64,000 nucleotides of DNA from a virus (IMGVR_UViG_3300025012_000029:64001-128000), one strand, 5' to 3'; shown: positions 35,298 through 46,516, numbered from the stretch's first letter. The notes: a model not told the origin generated them from the sequence alone. Made by a program: numbers and translations.

Positions 35298-36386
35298 TTA
35301 ATAATCTAACCTTATTCTTAATGTTAACTCATTTGTTGGGTCTTTACGTAAGGGCTCTGAAAGTTTAGCAACAGCAAGAAGTTCGTTATCTGCTGAGTAC
35401 AAACCGCAAGTTGTTATGTAACTTACGGGCGCATCAAGTGTATTGTTCTTCACAACAATTTTACTACCACTCAGATATGTGGGATTGGCTGAGTAATTAA
35501 AATCATTATTATTAATCCTGCAGAAATGAATCGTCGAATTCAACTCTGTCGTATTATTAAACGATAAATTATACATCCTGTGTCGAAGAGCGTCAGCGGC
35601 GCTAGAAATTGTTGATGTGCGAAATAGAGTATTTACATCTTCTCCAGCAGAATTCATTTGAGCTTTTATTCTCAATTTTCCGTTCGAACCAGTTGTATTT
35701 TCAAAAATAGAGCCAGTAAGAACTGCTATTCCCGCTTGATAAAACACAAGCCCACAATTTCCATTTAATACTGTTGCGCCATAAGAAGCTGAATAAGCTC
35801 CGGCGATGGACGCACTCAAAATTCCATATTCACCTACGGGAGAATTAACTCTAAAATCATTTTGAGCACCAGAATCTGTTATTGTAAACAATGTTTGGAA
35901 TGGAGAAGTCGTTTCATACGTATCAAACGCTCCCAAAACAAGAGAAAATGATCCTTTCTTTATTTCGTCTTTAGAAAGAAGACGTGAAAAGTTTAAGAAA
36001 TAACATTCCTGTATCTTTGTGCCACCAGCAAGTAAATCTCCATCTTCATCCAATAAATTTATACCACCAGTTACATCATGTCCCATCAATATTTGAGACA
36101 TTTGATTATACATGTTTATTTTCTTACTGTTTTGAGAATTAGCACTGCTTGATAAGGCAGAGTTAGAAGAATATCCCATAGTAATATCAAAGATGTGATT
36201 GGAAGAAGCGGAAAGATATGGGTAATCATATACGCTCTGAAAAATTCCGTGAGAATAGTTTTTAATATTAGATTCAGCAGCATATGTTCCAGAAACAATT
36301 GAACCTGTAATAGGAATTGCTTCGTGTAATAGCGTTCTCGTCGAAACGACATCTCCATTAAGGAAGGTCTTAAATACACTGCTCAT
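35298..36386 (-). CDS. Virion structural protein, paralog of 33860..34996
   Basis: IKKGSFSL; C-terminal CGLYSADNELLAVAKLSEPLRK. Confidence 0.7.
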   Translation of the reverse strand: MSSVFKTFLNGDVVSTRTLLHEAIPITGSIVSGTYAAESNIKNYSHGIFQSVYDYPYLSASSNHIFDITMGYSSNSALSSSANSQNSKKINMYNQMSQILMGHDVTGGINLLDEDGDLLAGGTKIQECYFLNFSRLLSKDEIKKGSFSLVLGAFDTYETTSPFQTLFTITDSGAQNDFRVNSPVGEYGILSASIAGAYSASYGATVLNGNCGLVFYQAGIAVLTGSIFENTTGSNGKLRIKAQMNSAGEDVNTLFRTSTISSAADALRHRMYNLSFNNTTELNSTIHFCRINNNDFNYSANPTYLSGSKIVVKNNTLDAPVSYITTCGLYSADNELLAVAKLSEPLRKDPTNELTLRIRLDY

Positions 36387-36415
36387 CGAGAATCTCCTCT
36401 TTCCAAATCCTATTA

Positions 36416-37327
36416 TTAAATCTTCTTGGCAAACCTTATAGGTATATCTACACGATATCCTGTTGTTGCCCCTGTTATCCTTGTCATAGAATCAATATAT
36501 TTAACAGACGTGCTATTAATGGTTGCTGTAGATCCCAATTGATCAAACAAGAAGTCGCTTGTGTTTAATTCAATTGAAGATCTCAATTTGAATTTCAAAA
36601 TAGTTCCTCTTGGACCTCTGATTGTTTCGGTACCAGAAGATTCATCTCTCACGGTATTTTCTGACACATACGCAGCATCAGTTCCGAGCGACAAATAATA
36701 GCTAGCAATATTATCATCATCAATAAAACTTATACGAGCCTGACTACCATTATTATCAACAACGCTTGCTAATCTATTGTCTATTTCAATAATGTATTGA
36801 GTTTCAATTAAGTCCGCATCAATTACAAAGGAAGGTGAAATTTCAGTTGTATCCAGTCCTTGATCCAAACGAATAATTGAACCTCCACCGTCACCCGCTC
36901 TAGCACCTTTCATAATGCCTCTGTTATTTGCTCCATTTGCCGATTGAATGAGGGCGTCTTCCGTCTCTTCGTCAACAGCAAGAATAAATGCTCCAGAAGA
37001 ATGTCTGGAACTATCTGTTGGAAGTTCATTTAGTTTTATTATTGGAAGATAGAGAAGATTTGTTCTTGGAATAGAAATTAATTTTGACTGCATTGTGGCA
37101 GTATTGTTTGTAAAAGCTTCCAATATTGGAGTTTGAAGAATATCTAAATCATAATAAGCACTACCAGAAGAATGATTCTTGTTGAAATTCCGATAATTAA
37201 TTTCGTCGTCTCCAAGCGCAAATTTTACAATTTTAAAAGATCCATCTCCCTTAGCAAGTCTAAAACGACCAGTATCAGTAATCGTAGAATCTAGAATTAT
37301 GTCCCCGCTGCTATCAATGAATGCCAT
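36416..37327 (-). CDS. Virion structural protein
   Basis: N-terminal IILDSTITDTGRFRLAKG..F...FALGDDEINY resembles the N-terminus of 45599..46516. Confidence 0.7.
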   Translation of the reverse strand: MAFIDSSGDIILDSTITDTGRFRLAKGDGSFKIVKFALGDDEINYRNFNKNHSSGSAYYDLDILQTPILEAFTNNTATMQSKLISIPRTNLLYLPIIKLNELPTDSSRHSSGAFILAVDEETEDALIQSANGANNRGIMKGARAGDGGGSIIRLDQGLDTTEISPSFVIDADLIETQYIIEIDNRLASVVDNNGSQARISFIDDDNIASYYLSLGTDAAYVSENTVRDESSGTETIRGPRGTILKFKLRSSIELNTSDFLFDQLGSTATINSTSVKYIDSMTRITGATTGYRVDIPIRFAKKI

Positions 37328-37350
37328 ATAAGTTATTTCTTCTCCTCTTC

Positions 37351-38262
37351 TCAGATAAATAGTACCTTATTACCTTTCTTGGTGTTTTCTTTAGAATCCA
37401 TCGGTCTTAGATTTTCCAAAGACCAGCATTTCAAAAAATTTGGATGGTCCATCGAATCATAAGGAAGAAAACTTTGAGGAATAATATGATCTATGTTCCA
37501 AGTTCTTTTCTCATTATTTAATTTTCCATAATTATCCCAATTCATCCATAACTCAAATTGTTTTTCAATATGTTCTCTCAGTTGTTTTGGCGTATACGGT
37601 AAATACACCCAAATAGAAGAATTATTTTTGCTACCATTATTTTCTTTCAAAACTCTTTGGATAATACTTGAGATGTTATGTGGTAATGGATCTTTCTTAT
37701 GTCTTCTTCTGTCCAATGCTCTTACTTTTTCTCTCCCGATGTCCGAACGTTTATATTCGGCACTTCTTTTTGCTCTGCAATTATTACAGTCGTAAGTAAA
37801 TCCTGTTGGAGAGTATTTATCTTTCGTAAATTCCTCCATTGATTTCTCAATTTTACAAATATAGCATATTTGTTTCTCTGGGGAAGTTTTGTTTTGGGTT
37901 GAATTTTTGTCTCTGCATTTTTTGGAATAAGAAGAACATTTTATTTTATTCTTATTTCTCCATTTTTTATTATATGCTGCGCTTTTTTCCTTGTAAGAAA
38001 ATTTTGCTTTTCTTTGTTCTTTTCGACAAACTTTGCAATGAGGGTCTAGTCCATCATGTCTAGCAGCATTTGGTCCAAACAATGTTTTATCTATAAGGTC
38101 ATCGCACCCGGGACACCATTTTTTATCAGGAGGTAATTCACAACCAAATACTTTCTTGCCTGTGCAGAATTTACACCAAGAATGAAGAGAATTTGGATTG
38201 TCCGAACGCTTACTAAACTCCCAATTCTCCTTTTCTACACGACATCTACTACACTTTTTCAT
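37351..38262 (-). CDS. Free-standing HNH endonuclease with CxxC repeats
   Basis: Three CxxC...CxxC units; C-terminal WMNWDNYG...WNIDHIIP...NLRPM..KENTKKGNK. Confidence 0.85.
   Translation of the reverse strand: MKKCSRCRVEKENWEFSKRSDNPNSLHSWCKFCTGKKVFGCELPPDKKWCPGCDDLIDKTLFGPNAARHDGLDPHCKVCRKEQRKAKFSYKEKSAAYNKKWRNKNKIKCSSYSKKCRDKNSTQNKTSPEKQICYICKIEKSMEEFTKDKYSPTGFTYDCNNCRAKRSAEYKRSDIGREKVRALDRRRHKKDPLPHNISSIIQRVLKENNGSKNNSSIWVYLPYTPKQLREHIEKQFELWMNWDNYGKLNNEKRTWNIDHIIPQSFLPYDSMDHPNFLKCWSLENLRPMDSKENTKKGNKVLFI
37356..37363 (-). promoter_or_regulatory. ACTANTTA junction motif
   Basis: ACTATTTA, ~29 nt upstream of ATG 37327. Confidence 0.5.
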
Positions 38263-38287
38263 GAACCCAATTCTACTATATTATTAT

Positions 38288-38656
38288 TCAGTATTCAGTC
38301 GTTTTCCTAACCGGATTCCACAAAGTTCCTCCACCAAAACCATGTTCGAGTCCTAAATTCTTTTCTAGTATTAAAATATCGTTGTTATTCTTTGCCACAA
38401 TTGGAAGATCTTCTCTTTTGGTGACAACTTGATACACCTTGAGTATTTTTTTATTATTTTTATCATATGATATTTCTGCATCCCATATTAAGCGTCCTCC
38501 ATTTGTAAAGAACCTTATGAATGGTGCCTGTGTTTTTTCTAATTCACTAACAATAACTGACTCTATATTGGCATCAAATGACTCTTGAGAATTTTCAACT
38601 GAAAATAATCCGTCTTCAACAATCAAATCTTTTGTTATTACATTTTCAACAATCAT
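38288..38656 (-). CDS. Hypothetical protein
   Basis: 122 aa ORF filling a gap on the coding strand. Confidence 0.6.
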   Translation of the reverse strand: MIVENVITKDLIVEDGLFSVENSQESFDANIESVIVSELEKTQAPFIRFFTNGGRLIWDAEISYDKNNKKILKVYQVVTKREDLPIVAKNNNDILILEKNLGLEHGFGGGTLWNPVRKTTEY

Positions 38657-38685
38657 ATTATATTATTTCTTCTCTTTCCGAAAGA

Positions 38686-41600
38686 TTATTCAGTCCCTTT
38701 GATATGAGTATGATTGAAATTTACATTAAAGTCAATCTTTTTTCCTGTTCTTTTTGAAGTAACTCTTATTTTAAATGTCTTTCCCCACACAGATTCATCA
38801 GCTAATCCCAAAAAAATGTTATTATTATTCAAAGCAGTTTCTAACCTTTCTCCATTTACTATTAATCCAGATTTCTGCTCATTGATGATTCTTTGATTAA
38901 ATGCTGGAATGATTTTTATCATTTTACGGAAATTCTTAAATGGCGATTTTTGTTCTTCGTCTGTATCAAATTCAACAGAACGAATAATTGGATAAATAGA
39001 ACCATCAGCATCTACAATTTCTAATTCATAGAGAGATGTGGGATTTGATATGTGTCCGTGATTATCAATGGTTCTAAAAATATAATAATACTTCTTATTG
39101 GGAATAATATTATCGATAAAAGATGCTGATGTTGCTTTTTGAACTGTAATTGAATCAATATCTGTTTGAACCAAAGCTATTCTATTGCCAGCAAAATCCT
39201 TGTAATGTTTAGGTTTGCGATTGAGTCTAAAAATTTCAAAAGCGGCGGCGTGATCATCGCTTTCATACTCCAGAAATTCATTTTCTGAAACTTTTTGAGC
39301 TTCTCTCAATAAAGCAATTATGGCTGAATCGGATGGTTCAATTATTATCGGTTCTAATTTGAATTGTCCGATTCCAGAATTGATATTAAATAATATCTGA
39401 TTGTTGATACCTCTATAGGGTATTATATCGACATTAGGTGAGATTGGAGGATTATCCATTATTCGTCCCACAAACTCATGAAAAAGAACTTCTACTAATT
39501 TTAACGTCGGCGAGTTAATAAAATGTATGTTAGCTGTATCATCTGAAATAGATTCAAATTGATAATGATATTTGTTGCCCAAAACCATTTGATAAACAAA
39601 AATTTTATAGCTATATTGTTTATTGTATTTTACTTGAGTATCAATGAATCTCATAATATCAATTCTATTTGAATTCGGAAGGTAAAAATTTTGAATAACT
39701 TCTCCCGTAGCAGCATCTCTTTTCTCAATTCTATAAAAAACACTTTCCGAATAAGACATCTTTCCAGATAATAAATCATGATATTGACGCAAATTATTTT
39801 CCACTATTTGTTTAACTTTTCCAACAAAAATAATAATCAATAGATTTTTAAACAAATCAAACTGAGGATTAGATGTCAATTCTATACTATTGTTTAACGT
39901 CCCAAGAAAAGTTCCATCCTGAAGTGATTCAAACGACCCTACGGGATTATTTTTAATAAGTTCAATCCATGTTGGTATATCCCATGATCTTAAAATTTTC
40001 TTAGAAGAAACTATAGAACGCTGAACTATGCCATCCGTTTGATTTGCGTCTGCTAAAGATTCTTGTACGAGAAGTTGTTCCTGTGGAAGATTGCCCTCAA
40101 TGATGTCTTTAATTAAAAGACTTGATAATTGGGAGTCTTCCAAAACTTGCGCAAACTGAGTTGAATTATCGGAAGTAAAACTTATATCCCAATACATTGG
40201 GAATAATTCTCTTTTTTCGTTAAAATCTTTGAAAAGATCAATATTTTCTATAGGAGTTACGAGATTGGTAAATTTTCGTCTTAGTTTAATTTCTTCCGAA
40301 GGAGCAACCCTCATTAATTCAGCAAAAGCTTGTCCGTATTTATCGAAATATTGTCCCGAATCTTTCTCTCCAATTTTTTCACCTTTATTATTAGTGACAT
40401 CTACAAAAGTATCAGGAATTGTTCCAGCTAATGTAATGTGTTGTTTGAAAATTGTATTTTTCTTATCTGTATTTTCATTTTGTAGTTCTGTGCAAAAAGC
40501 ATACATATTCGGCAGCAATTGCTCTTTAACGTTGATATTTTCCATTGCCGTCTCATAATCATCTATGAAAAAATTATACGTTGGTTGAATATCGATAAAA
40601 AGAGATCCAATTGGAGCGCCCAAAACATCCAATGTTTTTTTATCAAAAGGCACACTCATTTCAAATGAATTATCAAAAAATATTACTCCAGGTTTAACTG
40701 TTGGTTCAACATTCTTAAACGTAGTGGACGGCGCCGTGACAGATAGACCGCGTGGAGATTCTGTTCCAACTCTTTGAACACTTAATCCTTCTTCAAATGC
40801 TCTTAAACCGACATTAGATTGTAAAACGCCCTGATCTGATTCTCTATTAAATTGAGCTGATCTTAACCCAGTCGGACTTGTTGTTGAAACTTGCCTACTT
40901 TGTTCTTGGGGCAGAGGCTGTGTTGTAGTGGTCCTAATTACAGCAGATGTATTAGAAAGTTGACGTTGTTGAATTGCGAAATTTGTATTGCGACGAGATT
41001 GATGTCTACTAACGGCATCATTAGTTTGTTCTGTATCAGATGAATTTAAACTTAGTAGCGCAGGCGTAAATGCTACTTGTACTTGTGGAGGTGCCTCTAT
41101 TATATCTAAATTGGCTAAAGAAGTACTAGAATCAACAGGTTGTAATGTTGGCTGCTCAGGAGGAGTTATTGTGCCTTGTAATTGTAATGGTTGTAATGAA
41201 ACTTGTAATAATGGAGGAGGAGGCAAATCTGAAATGCCTAAAATAAAAGCTTTCCAATATTCTGGATTATAATTTGATATCGTAACAAGAGGATTTCCAG
41301 GAGCAAATTTAAACAATTCCTTATTTGACACCAATGTTAAAGCTTGCGATGTTTCGTGAAATAGCTCTTTATTTTCATCATCTTCTTCCAATGATTCAAC
41401 ATTCATATCAACTCTAATTGAAAAAGCTGCCTTTGGTGGAGTTGTCGTATGTATTGGTAAAGAATCAGGTTTATCTTTCCAATAATTATCAGAACGTCCT
41501 CGAACTAAATCTGCTATTGGAGGTTTAGTGTTTACAAGATTTTGGTTCGATACTGCGTCCTCTACATCTGAAAAAATGTCAGAATTGATTATTTGTTTAA

Positions 41601-41697
41601 TCTTGCCAGCAGCAACCAAATAATTGTGTGTAATTGGCTTTGAAGAAGAAGCTTCTCTTACTTGATTGCCAACATTGATTCGTGTATGACTAGACAT
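38686..41697 (-). CDS. Large protein, probably virion structural (C-terminal FN3-like stretch)
   Basis: 1003 aa; FIDTQVKYNKQYSYKIF and FIDNIIPNKKYYYIFRTID patterns; Q/P/T-rich low-complexity segment. Confidence 0.7.
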   Translation of the reverse strand: MSSHTRINVGNQVREASSSKPITHNYLVAAGKIKQIINSDIFSDVEDAVSNQNLVNTKPPIADLVRGRSDNYWKDKPDSLPIHTTTPPKAAFSIRVDMNVESLEEDDENKELFHETSQALTLVSNKELFKFAPGNPLVTISNYNPEYWKAFILGISDLPPPPLLQVSLQPLQLQGTITPPEQPTLQPVDSSTSLANLDIIEAPPQVQVAFTPALLSLNSSDTEQTNDAVSRHQSRRNTNFAIQQRQLSNTSAVIRTTTTQPLPQEQSRQVSTTSPTGLRSAQFNRESDQGVLQSNVGLRAFEEGLSVQRVGTESPRGLSVTAPSTTFKNVEPTVKPGVIFFDNSFEMSVPFDKKTLDVLGAPIGSLFIDIQPTYNFFIDDYETAMENINVKEQLLPNMYAFCTELQNENTDKKNTIFKQHITLAGTIPDTFVDVTNNKGEKIGEKDSGQYFDKYGQAFAELMRVAPSEEIKLRRKFTNLVTPIENIDLFKDFNEKRELFPMYWDISFTSDNSTQFAQVLEDSQLSSLLIKDIIEGNLPQEQLLVQESLADANQTDGIVQRSIVSSKKILRSWDIPTWIELIKNNPVGSFESLQDGTFLGTLNNSIELTSNPQFDLFKNLLIIIFVGKVKQIVENNLRQYHDLLSGKMSYSESVFYRIEKRDAATGEVIQNFYLPNSNRIDIMRFIDTQVKYNKQYSYKIFVYQMVLGNKYHYQFESISDDTANIHFINSPTLKLVEVLFHEFVGRIMDNPPISPNVDIIPYRGINNQILFNINSGIGQFKLEPIIIEPSDSAIIALLREAQKVSENEFLEYESDDHAAAFEIFRLNRKPKHYKDFAGNRIALVQTDIDSITVQKATSASFIDNIIPNKKYYYIFRTIDNHGHISNPTSLYELEIVDADGSIYPIIRSVEFDTDEEQKSPFKNFRKMIKIIPAFNQRIINEQKSGLIVNGERLETALNNNNIFLGLADESVWGKTFKIRVTSKRTGKKIDFNVNFNHTHIKGTE

Positions 41698-41702
41698 TAA
41701 TA

Positions 41703-44700
41703 TTATCCTCTACGAAGTGACGACTGACTATTCCCAGCACTGATTGTTGAACTTCCTCGCTTAGTAGTGTCCGAATTAACGTTTGTAGTATTATTAACTA
41801 TATTATTAGACATATACTCTGTTCGAACAGCCATTTGATTCCTATTTTCTGTTGCCATATTAATTCCACCAGGAATAGCCTGTGACAAGCTCGGATTACT
41901 AGCAATAGTAATTGTAATTTTATTAACACCACCTTCTTTGATTAAATTATCAACACTCTCCATTTGTGTCGCAAAAGACTGTACACGAACATCTGTAAAT
42001 ATCTTAACTTCTTTTTGAAAGTTTTGAGAAATTTTCAAATTATTCTCCAAAAGAGAAGCAGACTTAGGTAATCCAACAACTTCTATCCTCGGGGTGGCAA
42101 TACGAGGAGAAATCGTAAGAACTGGTGTGGGAATAATTTTCGGCAATTCTACACCGACAGCATCTACTTGAGGAGTTAAAAGAAAATATTCATCATAAAC
42201 TGGCAAATCCAGACTTTTGTCTCTCACTATCCCTATAACTTTATTTTCATATGACTTCATTCGACATAACATAACTCCACCTGTAGCTTGATTATAGGCA
42301 AATAAAGTAAGCGGCATCCATATAGGATTTTTCAAAAGTAACTCACCATCACTTGATTTTTGATATCCATTAAATACTTGAATAGTATTAATCATTTGGT
42401 AATCTAATCTAAACTCTGTTTTTAATTCAGGAGTTTTAAGCGGATCCGTTGGATGAGAAAAAACATTCTTCCTCACTATGGTTGGAGATGTTCTCGAAAG
42501 ATAAAGAGACTTAACTTGATTTGGAAGACTAGACATGGCAAAATTAAATGTTGTGTTATGTGGCTTTCCTTGAAAGAAACTTTCGGCCGAAGACAGTTTC
42601 TTATCTTGAATGACTTTGTTTATCAAACTATCTTCAGAAGCAACATCAAACATACGTACTGAAGCTGGTTTTCCACCAATAGTTTTTGAATTAGAAGAAA
42701 AACTCAATCCTTTAGTTTGACTAGATGTTTTGGAAATTTGATGAGTGTCAAGTTTTTTTATCAAATCTAATAAAACAGGAGTTGGATTCAAATTAACGCT
42801 AACTTTTGGAGCGTCGCCCTTGTTGTTAGTATCACAATTCGAATGAATATCTATAATTGGATCAATAATTTTTGAGTCACGTACCGAGTTTCTTCCTTGT
42901 ATAATATTAACCAAAGGAATTCTATTTTTGTTAATCTCTAATATTGGCTCTACATTTAATTTTGCCAGCATCTTAAAGGCATCATCAGAAACTTCATAAG
43001 TTGCTTTATTGGATGTATTTTTTGAACTATTATAGGATTTATCTCTGGTCGGCGTTAGATTGGTATTAAAAGATTTAATTGATAAATCTAAATGTGCCAT
43101 CTGAGCTCGATCGACAATTGGAGTTGGTGAATTTCCCAACCTCATAACATTGAATTTCTCAGCAAATTTAATTTTTGCCGGAGTAAGATAAGAAAAACTA
43201 GTATTATCTATTGAATCTCCAAAAGTATATTGTTGATCTCTAAATTTGATGTTAATGTCTGGTTTTGTGTCATTGGATGAAATAAAATAATGATTATTTT
43301 CTCTTTCTACTCTTGCCGCATATTGTCCGCCAGTGATAACTCTCAATCCATTGAGTTGATCTTGAATATCTGAAGCATCTAGGAAATCGTATCCAATTGA
43401 TTTCGGAACGCTTGCGTTAAATGGAGTGTTATTAAAAAACTTAACAACGTTGAAAGATTTAACGGATGTCTTTCCTTTTTTCATAACTTTAGTCATTCGA
43501 GGAGCAACATTTTGAATCATTCCCAATTTTGAAAGTGGTTTTCCAGAAGTTGTTGATGGAACAGAAGACGTTCCAGAATCTCCAACAGCTTTGGATAAAC
43601 TTGTTTCTAACGTATCCATCAAATTCAAAAGTTTTAATATACCAGATGGATTTCCTGTTGCCGGATGTACGAAATAGAACAAAGATTTCTCAAATTTATC
43701 AAAAGGAATAGAATCGCTATTTTGAGCGAACAGTTTCATCATATCAATGTATACTTTAACTGCTGTTCCCCAAGGAGTAACAGCAATATCAGTAGTTCCA
43801 TACTTGGCAATTTGTTCATTAATGAATTTTTGAGTAAATCTATTCAATATAGTGTTAAAATTACCTGGTGTGGTAGTTGTTTGATCTACTTTTATTTCTC
43901 CTGGGAAGTCTATGTGAGGATTGTTGTTAGAAATGAGTGTTTTTGAAGATTCTAACTTTGTAGCATTATGAAAATACTTCAAAAGTTCATTTCTTGCGCC
44001 ATGTAGTTCACCAAGTTTTGATCTCAAAAAATCATACGATGGATCGACAATCTCCATCTCAATTCCATACACATAATATCCATCCGTTATATCAGAAATT
44101 GATTTATCTACGCCCGTAAAGTGTCGTATGTCTGATAAGTTCTGTGGTCCTTCAATTCCTTGTACAAAAACATCTTTTATCTCTCTAATCGAAGATATTT
44201 GAGTGTTTTTTTCAAAAAATCCTTTATAGAATCTCTCTCCGGAGATGGATATCACATCGTCTATTTGATTGCTCTCAAATAATTGAGAAGCATCGGCAAC
44301 AGAGCCTATTTCTGGGCTTCCTTTAATGCGACGCCGAACAATTTTCATAGACAAAATGAATGAATCCAGCATTGCCAATGGACCAGTTTTGGGATTTGAA
44401 AATAATTTTCCATAAATGCCATTTAAAGACAATAATTTTCGAAAATTAACAGAAAAAAAGAACCTAGCACGACCTTCCTCGTCCCTAGCAGTTTGAAAAT
44501 CCGAAAATGTTGACTCTATGGCTTGTATGTCGAGCGCATCTCTACGAGGACCAACTAATTTTGTATTCAAAATCTCATTTTCTACAATAGAGAAGTCTAA
44601 AACTAAGCGATCAATGTCTTTAAAGTCTCTAAAATCTTGAATTTTTGAATTTCCGACAACAGTTCTCGTAATTGGAATCTTTGTTCCATCTTTTGTAATA

Positions 44701-45599
44701 CCAAAAGACCCATTTGTAGATGTTTCATCTATTGGTCCAACCCATAAAGCTCCGGTTTCATCTAAATAAACAAAAGATTGTCCTATAATTTCTCCATTTT
44801 CAAACACTATATCAGAAACAACCTTACCAAATGGTTCTGAAATAAGACGACTATCGAGCTTTAGTTTGAAGTCTTTTGCCAATTGAAATAAATCAAGATA
44901 AGAAAAAGCAAAATAAGATAAATGTTCAGGGTTTTGATTAGTAAATTCAAAACAAACTCTAAAAACAAAACTTGTGATAGTATTTCCGTCCGAATCAACT
45001 TCACTATAATGTTGTGTAAGATTGGTTTTATCTCCAACTATATCGTCTTTAACACTCAGGGTTCTTGATTGAATAGAACGATCCATAGCATCGCGAACAT
45101 TACTCAAACTCTTAGAATCAAATATTTGTAAACTTCTTGCCACCGAACTCAATCCATTTATCAAACCTCTTTTAGAAATAGGAACAACAGAATCTTTGCT
45201 CATGACAAGTAAAAGATTTTTATTATTTGTGGCAGCTTGTGTAAGTGCTGGTTTGGTACTTTGAATCACTTTTAATTTGAGATATTTTGAGAAATCTTCA
45301 TTCTTAAACCAGGTTCCAATAAGTCCGTTATCTAGTTTCTCTTTCAAAATCAATTCAACAGTAACAGAAAGTTTTTCTGCTGTTCCTGCGTTTTTATCAA
45401 ATAAACTAGCACCAAGACGCGGTTTTACCAATTTTCCAGTAAGAGGATCTATCTGTTTTTCTGGTGACTTACTCAAATCTATATGAGGATTTTCTTCTCT
45501 TAGAATTTGTGCGCCACCAACAGTTTCTAAAATTATTTTAGAAATATATACATCTGGAACTAACGCGCCGAGTAGTTGATTTTGATTTAATAATACCAT
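41703..45599 (-). CDS. Large protein, probably virion structural
   Basis: 1298 aa ORF coupled to its neighbours; no family recognised. Confidence 0.7.
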   Translation of the reverse strand: MVLLNQNQLLGALVPDVYISKIILETVGGAQILREENPHIDLSKSPEKQIDPLTGKLVKPRLGASLFDKNAGTAEKLSVTVELILKEKLDNGLIGTWFKNEDFSKYLKLKVIQSTKPALTQAATNNKNLLLVMSKDSVVPISKRGLINGLSSVARSLQIFDSKSLSNVRDAMDRSIQSRTLSVKDDIVGDKTNLTQHYSEVDSDGNTITSFVFRVCFEFTNQNPEHLSYFAFSYLDLFQLAKDFKLKLDSRLISEPFGKVVSDIVFENGEIIGQSFVYLDETGALWVGPIDETSTNGSFGITKDGTKIPITRTVVGNSKIQDFRDFKDIDRLVLDFSIVENEILNTKLVGPRRDALDIQAIESTFSDFQTARDEEGRARFFFSVNFRKLLSLNGIYGKLFSNPKTGPLAMLDSFILSMKIVRRRIKGSPEIGSVADASQLFESNQIDDVISISGERFYKGFFEKNTQISSIREIKDVFVQGIEGPQNLSDIRHFTGVDKSISDITDGYYVYGIEMEIVDPSYDFLRSKLGELHGARNELLKYFHNATKLESSKTLISNNNPHIDFPGEIKVDQTTTTPGNFNTILNRFTQKFINEQIAKYGTTDIAVTPWGTAVKVYIDMMKLFAQNSDSIPFDKFEKSLFYFVHPATGNPSGILKLLNLMDTLETSLSKAVGDSGTSSVPSTTSGKPLSKLGMIQNVAPRMTKVMKKGKTSVKSFNVVKFFNNTPFNASVPKSIGYDFLDASDIQDQLNGLRVITGGQYAARVERENNHYFISSNDTKPDINIKFRDQQYTFGDSIDNTSFSYLTPAKIKFAEKFNVMRLGNSPTPIVDRAQMAHLDLSIKSFNTNLTPTRDKSYNSSKNTSNKATYEVSDDAFKMLAKLNVEPILEINKNRIPLVNIIQGRNSVRDSKIIDPIIDIHSNCDTNNKGDAPKVSVNLNPTPVLLDLIKKLDTHQISKTSSQTKGLSFSSNSKTIGGKPASVRMFDVASEDSLINKVIQDKKLSSAESFFQGKPHNTTFNFAMSSLPNQVKSLYLSRTSPTIVRKNVFSHPTDPLKTPELKTEFRLDYQMINTIQVFNGYQKSSDGELLLKNPIWMPLTLFAYNQATGGVMLCRMKSYENKVIGIVRDKSLDLPVYDEYFLLTPQVDAVGVELPKIIPTPVLTISPRIATPRIEVVGLPKSASLLENNLKISQNFQKEVKIFTDVRVQSFATQMESVDNLIKEGGVNKITITIASNPSLSQAIPGGINMATENRNQMAVRTEYMSNNIVNNTTNVNSDTTKRGSSTISAGNSQSSLRRG

Positions 45600-46516
45600 C
45601 AGCAGTCTTTAATTTCTTCTTCGCGAACAGAGCTTGAATATAGTATTCTTTTTACATCTGTTGGCAAAAGTTCATCTTCAACCTCGTCATCTATAATTAT
45701 GTCAAAGAAGTATTCTACACATGACGTATCTAACGGAGGGATATTGGTATTTATTTGATTTTCATCTAAAAGAATGTTATTTTTGATGAGTTCCGGTTTT
45801 TGAGAAACAAACCGTAAAGGAATGAGAACTTCTTTAGAACCATCTTCCGTGATCTCAAAAACTTCTATCTCAAAATTTTCACTTCCATAAATTGTGTTTA
45901 GCTCTTCAACGTCAATAACAATAGAATCTTCAATAACGTCAATATATGATCCATCTTTAAATTCATTGACAAGCAGTCCCAAATCGGTCCTATTAGCTTG
46001 AATTTCATCTAAAGAAAGTTGCTTAGTGATTGTTCTATACTCTATATCTTTCATTTCCAGTTGTGGTATTTTTAACGTCGTATGCTCTCCCTCTTTAAAA
46101 GAGATAGAACTGGAGATTTCTCCATCTAATACTTTAATAGACCAACCAGGAGCAGACGTTGCTTCAAGACTAATTGTCCCAATTGGAGCAGTTAACGAAT
46201 AATGTTTTTCAGCAGTAGGTTGAATCTTTTTACTACCTAATTCAGATTGCCCTTGTTTTATGAATTTATTTATTTTTATAACTTCTGTTTCAACTCCATG
46301 AAACAAGTGTTGAACTTCCAATTGAGGTATCTCTTTAATTCTGTCGTGAACATTATTTTGAGGCTCACTTAAAGACGCATATTGAGAATCATATAAAATT
46401 TCAGTATCAAAAAAAGCATACGAGTCAGGATGAAATTGTCCCTTTGAGAGAAGATATTTCCCATATTGTGTGATCTCGATATCGAGCACTTCCTCTTTGT
46501 TGTTGAGAAATTTCAT
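45599..46516 (-). CDS. Virion structural protein
   Basis: N-terminal VLDIEITQYGKYLLSKGQF...AFFDTEILY, similar to 36416..37327. Confidence 0.7.
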   Translation of the reverse strand: MKFLNNKEEVLDIEITQYGKYLLSKGQFHPDSYAFFDTEILYDSQYASLSEPQNNVHDRIKEIPQLEVQHLFHGVETEVIKINKFIKQGQSELGSKKIQPTAEKHYSLTAPIGTISLEATSAPGWSIKVLDGEISSSISFKEGEHTTLKIPQLEMKDIEYRTITKQLSLDEIQANRTDLGLLVNEFKDGSYIDVIEDSIVIDVEELNTIYGSENFEIEVFEITEDGSKEVLIPLRFVSQKPELIKNNILLDENQINTNIPPLDTSCVEYFFDIIIDDEVEDELLPTDVKRILYSSSVREEEIKDC

